Below, in pieces: positions 11,254 through 20,933 of a stretch of DNA of 64,000 nt. The notes below the pieces were generated by a model that did no database searches, was not told the origin of the DNA, and saw nothing but the letters and a program-made list of their open reading frames with translations. How positions within the stretch are numbered: position 1 is the stretch's first letter; every line of letters starts with the position of its first letter. The DNA lies in the NCBI GenBank assembly GCA_977018835.1, contig OZ361256.1, forward strand, positions 6,448,001 to 6,512,000, given 5' to 3'. The translations under genes and the position numbers were made by a program. Origin of the DNA: Minutocellus sp. GHC0000111. Its lineage: Eukaryota.

Positions 11254-12375
11254 CTATTCCTTCTCGCCACCCCCTCCATCTGCATCTTCCTTGCCTGCAT
11301 CTGCATCGTCCAATGTCATTTTGTCAATGTATTCAACTCCTGCCGGAAGAGTCGGTATCGAAGGCTTCTTTCCCAAGATCTCATCAGACGAAGGCAATCC
11401 CATCCTCTCCTGCCTCTGATCGAAAAGACATTTGCGTATCATGCCCTGAGTCTGTTCCTCATACGACGAAATATGCCTTGTGGAATCGACCATGTCGGTG
11501 TCAATCTCATCATCTCCCTCAAGGACGGTCTTCCACCACGTTTTGACAACCTTTTCGAGAGTTATCAGTAATACGCCCCCCTCAAGACTCCACGTTGACT
11601 CATCCAAGCGAATCTTTTCTGACAATGTGCCTTCGAGAATGGTTGCAGGTTCTTCTCCCTCCTTGGCTGGACGTTTCATCTTGACCGATAGTGAGGATGG
11701 TTTCATGACAATATTGAGATCTTTGCCCTTGGTTCCCTCCGGGAGAGCAGTTGCAACGGTCACCTCCTCAACCGTTTGTGTCCACTGATACCGGGAGGTT
11801 GAGCCGCCATTGCCTACGGGAATTTGTTTCCCCTCCTCTGTGAGACGCACCTTGCTCATGGCCTCCTCAATCTCGTCTGAGGCCTTCTTTTTGGTGGTCG
11901 TCGACGATGCCTCTTTGGGAGCTTTGGCAGCGGATTCAACCGGCTTCGTCTCCGTCTTCGCCTTTGGCGGGTCTGCCTTGGCGGGCGAGGCAGCAGCTTG
12001 CTTCTTTGGCTGCTGCTTGGCGGCAGGAGTGGCGCCTCCGCCAACACCACCGCTGGCGCCGGTACCAGGACCAGCCCCTCCCTGCCTCGGCATCTTACGA
12101 AGGGGGAACTGCCGAAAGGCTGCCAGGAGCATCTTCTCGGCGTCTCCCTCTTTAAATCCCATCTTGATGGGGACGTTGTCACGCACATCGTCCTCGTGAT
12201 GGATTACGTAGAAATCGGTCCGACGGTGGAGGAAGGAGAAAAACATGAACATGAGCTTGCGAAGGTCGCCGCCAGACTGGTTGGCAAGGGCAAGGAGTGG
12301 CGCGTCCATCCGATCCAGATCGGCCTTGCTCATGCTGGCGGGTCCACCCCCGATTGTGGGTGCTGGGAGACTCAT
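11254..12375 (-). CDS. NUDC: NudC nuclear migration protein / Hsp90 co-chaperone (CS domain)
   Basis: FFSFLHRRTDFY N-domain, PVGNGG...YQWTQT, ESTWSLE..LEK...WW, C-terminal IRK..FDQRQ..MGLPSSDE. Confidence 0.92.
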   Translation of the reverse strand: MSLPAPTIGGGPASMSKADLDRMDAPLLALANQSGGDLRKLMFMFFSFLHRRTDFYVIHHEDDVRDNVPIKMGFKEGDAEKMLLAAFRQFPLRKMPRQGGAGPGTGASGGVGGGATPAAKQQPKKQAAASPAKADPPKAKTETKPVESAAKAPKEASSTTTKKKASDEIEEAMSKVRLTEEGKQIPVGNGGSTSRYQWTQTVEEVTVATALPEGTKGKDLNIVMKPSSLSVKMKRPAKEGEEPATILEGTLSEKIRLDESTWSLEGGVLLITLEKVVKTWWKTVLEGDDEIDTDMVDSTRHISSYEEQTQGMIRKCLFDQRQERMGLPSSDEILGKKPSIPTLPAGVEYIDKMTLDDADAGKEDADGGGGEKE

Positions 12376-12829
12376 GATGGTTGAAGTGTTGTTATTACGA
12401 TATCGATTGACTGACTTCGAGTACTGATGATGATGATATTTGATGACTGATCACAGGGGGGGGGCTCGAGGAGAAAGGGGAAGACAAGGGAACGGAAGGG
12501 ACGGCGTCATGTATTTTTCTCTCCCCGTCTTTTTTTACTGTCGGGTTAATTGTTAATAAAATTGTAAAACCTGCCAGTAAAACGACAGCCAAAAAAGGTA
12601 ATTTGTGAGACAATTTGTAATAAATATGATTCTTTTGACGAAACCTTTGTCATTTATGATGCGTCTTTTCTTCGTCAGGTTAGAAAAACTGTCCGTCGTT
12701 CGTATAAGGGTCGGTAAATTAGTATGAATTTTAAAAACTGCCAGCAAAATCACAATATTTTTCACTAAGTGTTGAGACAATTATTGAAAATTATTGCTTT
12801 TTAATTAGTTCCTTTGCAAATTCCAGTGA

Positions 12830-14401
12830 CGAAGAGGGAGATCTGATCTTTCTTTGTTCAAGGCACCTTTGCATGTGCTGTCAAGGTGCGGCAAAGTGAA
12901 TGCTTGCGCACTGCATTGCATCGCTGCGTTTGAATCGCCAATTTGCATCTTTGCGTGTCGAATGGTGTCGTGTGTTGGTGTGCGAGCGCATTTCATCCCG
13001 ACGAACGATTGGCGAAGTCTCATCGAACAGGCAGGTGCTGCAACATTTATTTGGGCACAGCAAGTTCGGGTGCTGTTGCTGTTACGTATTTCGTCAGCCA
13101 TCATTTGATTGGCATCACACGGCATCGCACGGATTTCTCTGTTGTTACTGACTGATTTGATCGTTTGTGTAAGCAGCAATGGCGTTTTCTTGTCCCGGGC
13201 GAGACATCCAAACACATGCTCTTTCGATGCCTTTCTTTGGGCAGAATCCCATAACCAGCACATGGCTCACACCGCATTGTGACACCAATGGTTTCATTCC
13301 GTCGAGTGTCATCCTTACATGATTAGTTACAGTGCCACCGTTGACTCTCTCCCCTGGAACAACATGTCTGCATGTGTGTCAAATTTTGAGAACGAAATTC
13401 TGTGTTCGTCTCCTGAGTTGGGGATGCCTTGTGATGTGTTGCCATCGTTGATGGACTCTGCTTTGCGACACATTAGAATGTTTTACATGCTTCTCACTGA
13501 GTGAATTGAAACCATGTGTGTCAAATCACTGCTTGAAAAAGATAGTGATGTTTATTAATTTAGAGTGAATTGTGTTGACTTCTGTGCAACTTCAAGGGCA
13601 CCAACAGCAAAAGGGGGGTGGGGGTGCGGGGGAGGGGGTCGCGAAGCGACGGGCTCCCCCGCTTAGCATGAAATCGATTCAAATTGTTTGAAGTCATCGC
13701 ATGAACCGAAACATGAAAAAGACGGGCTCCCCCGCTTAGCATGGTGCGTCACAGTTTTGATCAACAACAAGTTGCCTCGAGTGGTAAGGTTTTGAAGTCA
13801 TCAGTGAGAACTGGAACACCGAACCGCCTCAACCAAATCACACGATTTTTGTCTCGAAACAAATCAAAATTGAATTTGTTCACTGACAAACACAAGTTTA
13901 CAAAATTCTGTCTGGTTAGGCAACAGAACTTAACGCCTTCTTGTTCCAGCATTTCTGGATCATCAATGAAATGCATGAGCTCATGGTGTTCAAGAACATC
14001 TCTAAAAAACTGCAGAGATTGAAAGCATGTCTTGGTCGCTTGACGACTTCAAGCTCTCTCAGCTAAAATGCCGCTGTGCGTCTTGTTACAGAGACAGGTA
14101 GACTCAATGCAAAACATTGCTTCTCTGACTGGAACGTGTCTCATAAAAGACTGACTCACAAGACGGACACTCACTTACAATTGTCTCTGTCATGGCCATT
14201 TATGTTGTTCAAACACACACACCTAAGACCGGAAATTACAGTGGTCTGACTCAATTGTCCTAATTGATATCCAGCAATGACCATGTCCTGCAGATGTTGC
14301 AGACTTGCAATGTTTTCATGATGTCTGCTTTCTCTCACAAACTCAGAAACACATCACGACATTGCCACCTGCGGTTGTGTGCAAACCCATGCAAGTCAAC
14401 T
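12830..14401. mobile_element. Degenerate, TpA-depleted repeat or transposon relic abutting the copia 3' LTR (possibly Helitron-like)
   Basis: AT-rich, with no credible ORF, but TA strongly replaced by TG/CA; GC-rich hairpin at 13626-13662; 23-bp direct repeat gacgggctcccccgcttagcatg at 13648-13670 and 13721-13743. Confidence 0.5.
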
Positions 14402-14597
14402 TGCTAAGAGGTCCTAAAGCTAAGCTAGATAGATATAGCTAGTAGAGGTTAATAGGACCTACGTAGATGAAAAATGGGCCATCGGAGATGTCGTTGTCCC
14501 ATGGATCAACGGTCAGGAGAGGGCACTGAGTCAGTGGTCTGATCACCGTACGTACCGTACGTATGTATACGTACGTACGCATCCCACGGTGTCAACA
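14402..14597 (-). repeat. 3' LTR (196 bp)
   Basis: 192/196 identical to 20434-20629; TG..CA termini. Confidence 0.96.
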
Positions 14598-14646
14598 CAC
14601 CCTCGCAGATCAATGACTAGTGCCATTGAATCTACATGTAGAGTCC

Positions 14647-16770
14647 TAATTGGAATCTACATGTAAGTAGACTGGTCGCATGTCGACATGGTAGCGGGCG
14701 GGATGGTGCTTTGTAAAATAATCGGCCAAATTTTGCGCTCCTTTCCGCCAGTGCACCTGGAGTTGTCGTTCGTTGCTCTGTGCGATCTTGGACCCAGCAG
14801 AGTCTCATGTCCATAGCCTTAGACCGTCTTTGCTTGACGGTTTTATTGGCGATTCCAGATGCTGTAGAGTTGTCAACGACGATAACAGTAGGGGGCTGCG
14901 GGTGACCCATTTCTTCTAGTGCTGCCCGGATTGGTGCTGCATCTTTCATGTTGATTGAAAAACAGTCCTCCCAACTCGGCTTCAGCGGCTGGCTGAGGAC
15001 GTTACATGCTTGATGACATTGGCATTGACGAGGATGGCTCCATTCATTGGTGGCATGGGATCACTTGAGTCAGGCTGGCGGTGCGAGTCCTTAGGTCGGG
15101 AGCTTAGGTAGAAGTGCCCTCCGAGCTTGCTTCTTGATTTCGGGGCTGACAAGTGGGAGGCGTCGCTGTGCACATGTGGGATCATGTCTGACTTGACGTG
15201 TCGAATGACTGCGTCGGGATGGGTTGCAAGGTAATCTAGAAGCTTCTTGGCATCTTGTCGAGTGCGCTTGGTAGCTTTGGATTGTTCCGCTGAGATGCTG
15301 TTGAGCGCCGGTAAAATTGTTGAATCAATTGCTCGACCATGGTGCAAGGAGCTGCCCACCACCTGTTGAATTTCGTTGATGCCTTTGGCGTCGAGTGGTG
15401 GTGAGTCGTCTTCCGGTTCTGGCAGCTGGGGTCCCGGGCCACACGTCGGACGATTCCATCGATATGGCGCATGCTCGGGCCGTGAGGGGCGGTCGTGTTG
15501 GAACTTGTGGCGCATCTCCTTGACGTAGTTAGGCATAGATAGATCCACCCATTTGGCCTCGTAGTTCCACTCGAGTTGAACACCACAATAAAGTCGGCCT
15601 TCCCAATCGGTAGTGATCTTGTGCTTGGAGTTGAGGGCCTGAATGAGATGGTCTGCATGCTCTTTCCCGACACACCTTACTCCAAAATCGTCAACGGTTA
15701 GGCAAAAGGTAATTGGGCGGGTTTTGTGCCTCCAAAGGCCGGCAGTGCGCTTGCAAGGGAAATAGCCATGGGGTTTGAGATGCTTGACAAGTTGATCGTA
15801 GGCTAGGCACCCTGCCTGGGGTAATCCATGCATTCCGCCATCGATTCTGACCAATGCTCGACCATTCTTTACTTTGTCGTGGAGGTCGTAGGCTTCCATG
15901 ACTTCGTCGGGGATGAGAGCTACTGGCGCCCACATCCATTCTGGCTCTGGCATGGTGCTATTGAGATAGAAGTCACTGACATCAATTCCCATGAAACGAG
16001 CGTTGTCTGTAGAGATGACGCTGTTGAAAAGTAACTTTGCAGTCAACATTTCAGCGGTCGGGGTCGAGACTGTACCAGGGTAATGAATTTTGTCGCCTCC
16101 TGCAGTCCATCGAACTCGATTGGGATTTGGTTTATGGGAGCGATAGTCGGCGACAATGCGGAGGCATGTGGCTTTTTCCCCCCGAGGCAGTTCGGACCAG
16201 TGGACGAAAGCCATTGTGTTGGAGGGAATGCTAGCACTGTTTCCAACTCGGCCGTCCGTTAGCCGTCCAATTTCATCGATGTTTGCTTGAATGAATTGGT
16301 CCCTCATGTTCGTTTTGAGGAGGTCGCGGCATTCAAGCATTGCACCAGTGTCGGGATGGACGACGGCGTTAGCAAAGTGTTGGAGGTTTGATAAAGGCGA
16401 GAAAGCTGCCATGTTGGCCACGTGGTGGGTGCTACGACGAGATGATGGCCGTGGGGGAGGGTTCCGATGTGGAATGCACCCTCGCTGACGGCATGATCGT
16501 CGTCGAGGTGGTTTGGCGGTCGATGGTTTGGACTTGCTTGTCGATTTTGCTGGAGCTGGTAATGTTGGAGTGGTATCGATCGTTGGAGACTTGCGTTTAC
16601 GTTGCCGACGGGAGGTGGGGGCATTGGAACTTTGATTGGATGTTACGACGGTTGCATCGTCGTCATGATTATCATCATCGTCGAAGTTGGGCTCGTCTAC
16701 TGCAGCCAAAGGATTGTAGTAGTTGGAAGAAACTGACGAGCGAGGTGGCGCGTTGGATCGACGTGATCGA
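14647..16770 (-). pseudogene. Copia reverse transcriptase + RNase H, frameshifted and hypermutated
   Basis: RVRWTAGGD, D.SDFYL, GGMHGLPQAG, TVDDFGV, HSDAS, SSAAEAELGGLF, VDNSTASGIAN, SKAMDMR, NLADYFTKHH. Confidence 0.93.
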
Positions 16771-18841
16771 CAGATTTAGTGGTGGCTGCATCATATGTGG
16801 AGGATTTTGCCACCCTCGGAGGTTGCTGGGGCTGAGGTAACGGAGCGTTGGGGTTGGAGACAAGGTGACGGCCTACTTCAGTCTCGTTCATCTCTTCTAC
16901 GTCGTCGTCCTCGTATTTGGTTTTGTAGTACTTATGCTTCTTGTCAAATGCAACGACTCTACCCTTGAAATTGCGATCTCCAAACACTTTGGCGACGATG
17001 GTACCGAGGCGGAATCGTTGGGAGTCGTCATCGTTCTCCAGCACCCTCGGAGCTGCGGTTGTCTGCATCGTCTCATCAGAGGCGGAGGTGGCAGATTCTG
17101 CTGGGGTCACGCTGTTGAAAATCTCGGAGAGCTTTTCTAAAGCTTGACGATGCTCGTCTCGAAGGGGAGCAAGGGGTGCCGCTGGATGTGGATTCTGTAG
17201 AGCGTGCAGGAGTTCATGAGCTGCGACTATTGCTGCATCGGCCGACGACGTTTTGGGTACCGGAATCATTTTGGGGAGCCAGACGAGTGTGTTACCAGTG
17301 CGTTCCGCCCGAGTTTCCTCAATCCAAACCTTGTAACACCGGTAGTGTTCCATGGCTGGACCGACATAGCACCCATCAACGCCATGCGGGGACCAAGAGC
17401 CGCGTGCCGAGGGCATCTCGTGAAAGATGACCTTGCATCCGAGGGGGCCGAGAGGCGTGCGATTGAAATCAAAGCCGCCATTGAGTTGCTCGTACGCTGA
17501 TAGTCGAGGGTTGACTCGGGATGCTCTCAGGAAATTGAGGGTCATTGCCGCCTGCTCCAGCAATTTATCCCACAAGATGAGGGGAAAGTCGGGATCGGCA
17601 CCACAGAGAATCGCAATGAAATGATTCTTAAAGGTTCGAATGGCTCGTTCGGCCGCATTTCGGCGGTGCGAGTGCGTTGGGGTCAATTGAAAATCTACAT
17701 CCTTTTCTTCCATGAACTCCTTCAGCTCTCGACTCACTTCATTATCCAATCGTTGCAATTTTGGGCGAAATCCTCGCTTGGAGAGGTATTCGAAAATAGT
17801 TTGGTACGCTCGGCGCATTTCCGTTCCCAATCGGCTTTTCATTGGTTCGGCCAAGATGCTGTTGGAGTCATAGTCATAGACGACCATTATGTACTGGTGG
17901 CCAGAAATAGACGATACCAAGAAACGGCCGGGCTGATCTGAGAAGATCTGGCCCGTTATGTCATGACAATCAGCAAAGACATAGTTGGTGCGCTGTTGGT
18001 GTTGTGCCGGGTGGAGATCCTGCTCGGTTTCGTCCACCCCAGGGAGAGATTTTGGCGTAGCCATCGACCGTTTGGGCTTGGTCGACCTGATGTTCTTGCG
18101 CTGCTGGTCTAAGTGACCTTTAATCATCGGCATCGACTGTGGCATGTGCTTACGTACAAGCTTTGATGTGAGGCCTGGCCAAGATCTATAAAATCCCGCA
18201 TCGATTGCTTTGCACCAGGTAGATAGCTGAGGACTGCCAGCGCACCAATGTAAAAAGGCTACACGTTCCGGAACCGTCTCCTGGGCAATTGCGGCGTTGG
18301 CAGCATGTTGGATGACGTTGGGGCCGGGGAGCGGCGACATGGTGGGCGAGCAATTAAGATCTACCATCCACAATTTCGTTGAGGGGTCTCGTTTACCTTG
18401 CAAAATGACGGCATTGTCCTTGGCGATGACTACCGAATCCTTATCGAAAGTGGCAATGCATCCATCGTCACACAGCTGCCCAATCGATAGGAGCGATGAT
18501 GCCATATTATTGAAAACATAGGCCTTGCTAGCCGATGGGGAAACCCCAGGGAGGCGAAGCGTGGCCTCGTGGGTGTTCGTCATTGTGCTATTATCCTGAA
18601 GGGTGACGCTGATAGGAATTGCTGTCTGTTGGACGTTGAAAATAGGGCCATCGTACGACAGGCATTGGGGCTTCTGGACAAAATGTCCCGTCGTTCCAGT
18701 ATCTGCTGCGAGGACGATTGGCTCTTGAGTTGGAGGTTTGCTTTTTGACGTAAGAAAAGCTAACAAAGGCGGGGAGGAGGTGGATTCAGACATGCTGTCA
18801 TCCTCTATTTTATGCTGATTAACATCCACCGTCCCTCCCGC
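16770..18841 (-). CDS. Copia protease + integrase + Tudor-like domain (pol 5' half)
   Basis: ADTGTTGHF protease, SLLSIGQLCDDGC, integrase DQPGRF / RLDNE / HRRNAAERAIRTFKNHF, RGSWSPHG..G.YVGP..EHYRC. Confidence 0.93.
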
Positions 18842-20130
18842 TCAGTTACGACGCGAGCTACCACCGCAAGGATTGTACTTGGTGGCGTTATCAACGTGGT
18901 TGGGCCCTTTGCAAGTGCATTCAAAGCTGGGGTGGTTGGACGAATAGCCGCACGTGTGGCAATGGTGGCCTCTGGGGAGGATCGACTGCAGTTCCCGCTT
19001 CTCCTGGCGGTTGAGGTTAGAGGTTAGGACCTTGGCCTGGGAAGTGGCCGGCGCCGTTCTGCTGGCCACCGCCGCGGCAGCCTCCACTGCCACCAGCATG
19101 GTTGCGTCCCTCACGCAGAACGCGGTTCTCGGCCTTGAGTGAAGCTATTTCTTGGCGAAGTTTGGCAATGGTGTCATCCTTCTCGTTGCTCTTTTTGGCG
19201 AGGTTCGCCATCATGGCTTGGTTGGTCTTGAGGGCTTCGGTGGCATCAGCCAAAAGGAGATCGGCTCGAGAAAGAAATGGATCGTCCGAGGCCGATGAGG
19301 CCAAATTCGCGCCATGACATCCTGCCGCTTCGGTGGTGGTGTTGGCCATCTTCTTATCATGCCAATCGCGGAAGTCCGACTGCATGTTGGCCCACGTGCG
19401 TTCGGCCTCCGGTCTGTCATCCCAGTCCTCGCATGCCTTCTTTGCCAATGAGAACCTGCGCACGGAGCGGTAGAACTTGGAGACCTTTTGCTTGTTGGTG
19501 AAGGGTTCGCCGGCCGTTTCAAACGCCTTGAAGACTTTGTTGAACATGGCGATGTGGGTGTCGATGGGTCCCCCGTCGTGCTGCTTCTCGAGCTGCTTCT
19601 CTAATTCCTCCTTCTGAGTCTCGTTGAATTTCAAGTAGCGATCGGTGATGCTGTCGATGATTTGGCGGATGGTGACTGGCTGGAAACCGAGCATGTCATC
19701 TTCGAGATGATTGATGTAGACGGAGTCGATCGAGTCGAGGAGATTCTTGAGCGCCGTGTTGACTTGCTCGTGCAAGTTGCAGTGGCCCTTTTCGATGCAA
19801 TGTCCCCGGATTGCACGATCGCGTTGGTCTAGATTGGCCACGGCGGGAATGGTGGGGCTGGGGCCAGGATTTGCCGGAGGCACATGTGGTCGGCCGTTAC
19901 TTTTGGTGGTGTGTTCGGCATCGCTGACGACGAGGCCCAAATGGCCAAGGTTGTGCTCGGTCATTGCACCCTGCTGGAATGCTGGCCGCCTCTTGTTGAA
20001 GTTCCTTGAGCGCTTTGGCAACACGCTCGCGTTGGGGAGGTTGTCCTGGGTCACTCACACGTGTGATTAACTTGGTGGGGAGAATCGGCGCTGCGCCGAG
20101 AGGTTGGCCAAAAACTGCGTCGGGATTCAT
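18842..20130 (-). pseudogene. Copia gag with two frameshifts (~19970 and 19014-19027)
   Basis: KELQQEAASIP..GHLGLVVSDAE, W......RTWAN....F, TTEAAG(C)HGAN, C-terminal knuckle HCHTCG....H.S..C..K...H...AT..N..GGS. Confidence 0.85.
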
Positions 20131-20433
20131 GCTGGTGTTTCAGTCAGCGAAGACAGGCAGCACGGCGGTGTTGCTGCGAGACGTGTGATCGACAGAGAGA
20201 AGGTTCGATCCAGAGAAGTGTGATCGATTGGATGGGTCGATCTGGTCAGGACTTTCGGGGAAGGGATTGGATCGTCGTTCCAATATTGTCGAAAGAAACG
20301 GTCGTTTTGGCCAATTGAAGATGTGTCCGGTTTTTCGTGCGTGACGAGTGAGAACCCAACCAAGACAAACCGGTGAGGTAGGTGCGAACCGAAATGGGGC
20401 GAGCACGGGTGGAAAAGATGTGTCACGTAGGTC

Positions 20434-20629
20434 TGCTAAGAGGTCCTAAAGCTAAGCTAGATAGATATAGCAAGTAGAGGTTAACAGGACCTACGTAGAT
20501 GAAAAATGGGCCATCGGAGATGTCGTTGTCCCATGGATCAACGGTCAGGAGAGGGCACTGAGTCAGTGGTCTGATCACCGTACGTACCGTACGTATGTAT
20601 ACGTACGTACGTATCCCACGGTATCAACA
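20434..20629 (-). repeat. 5' LTR (196 bp)
   Basis: Direct repeat of 14402-14597. Confidence 0.96.
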
Positions 20630-20933
20630 CTTGCCACTCGGAGTCTGTTATGTTTGACAGAGGAGGAATCCAGCGTGGAGAAGTAGTTGTACCGAATCGA
20701 GCCAATCGAAACGAATCGAAATATCAAATAATGCTCTGTCTGTGTGTGGCGGAGAGAACGTGTTTTATGATCGTATTGTTTTACAAGAGCCGAATGGGCA
20801 GTAATCAGCTGCTTTGGCTTTTGCTCGCCGCTGAGTTCTGGCATCATCTGGCATCCGGCCGCGCGGCTTCTGGTTTGGGTTGGGTCGAGCAAGTCCCGCC
20901 CCGATCCCACCTCTAGTGCTGGCTCCTCATTTC

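Larger units (their letters stand above)
14402..20629 (-). mobile_element. Full-length Ty1/copia LTR retrotransposon, CoDi-like, inactivated
   Basis: Two 196-bp LTRs (TGTTGA...TAGCA on - strand), PPT GCGAGGGTG before the 3' LTR, domain order gag-PR-IN-RT-RH. Confidence 0.96.

Noticed and set aside
12805..14022. Short Cys/His-rich ORFs in the degenerate region as real genes
   Set aside because: Loss of TAA/TAG stops and gain of TGY/CAY codons through TpA depletion creates such ORFs artificially.
14548..14580. (TACG)n-like microsatellite as an independent repeat
   Set aside because: It is an integral part of both LTRs.
14650..20130. Classical RIP or CpG-methylation decay as the cause of element degeneration
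   Set aside because: Those processes create TpA/TpG from C and add stop codons; here CpG is abundant, premature stops are scarce and TpA is lost.
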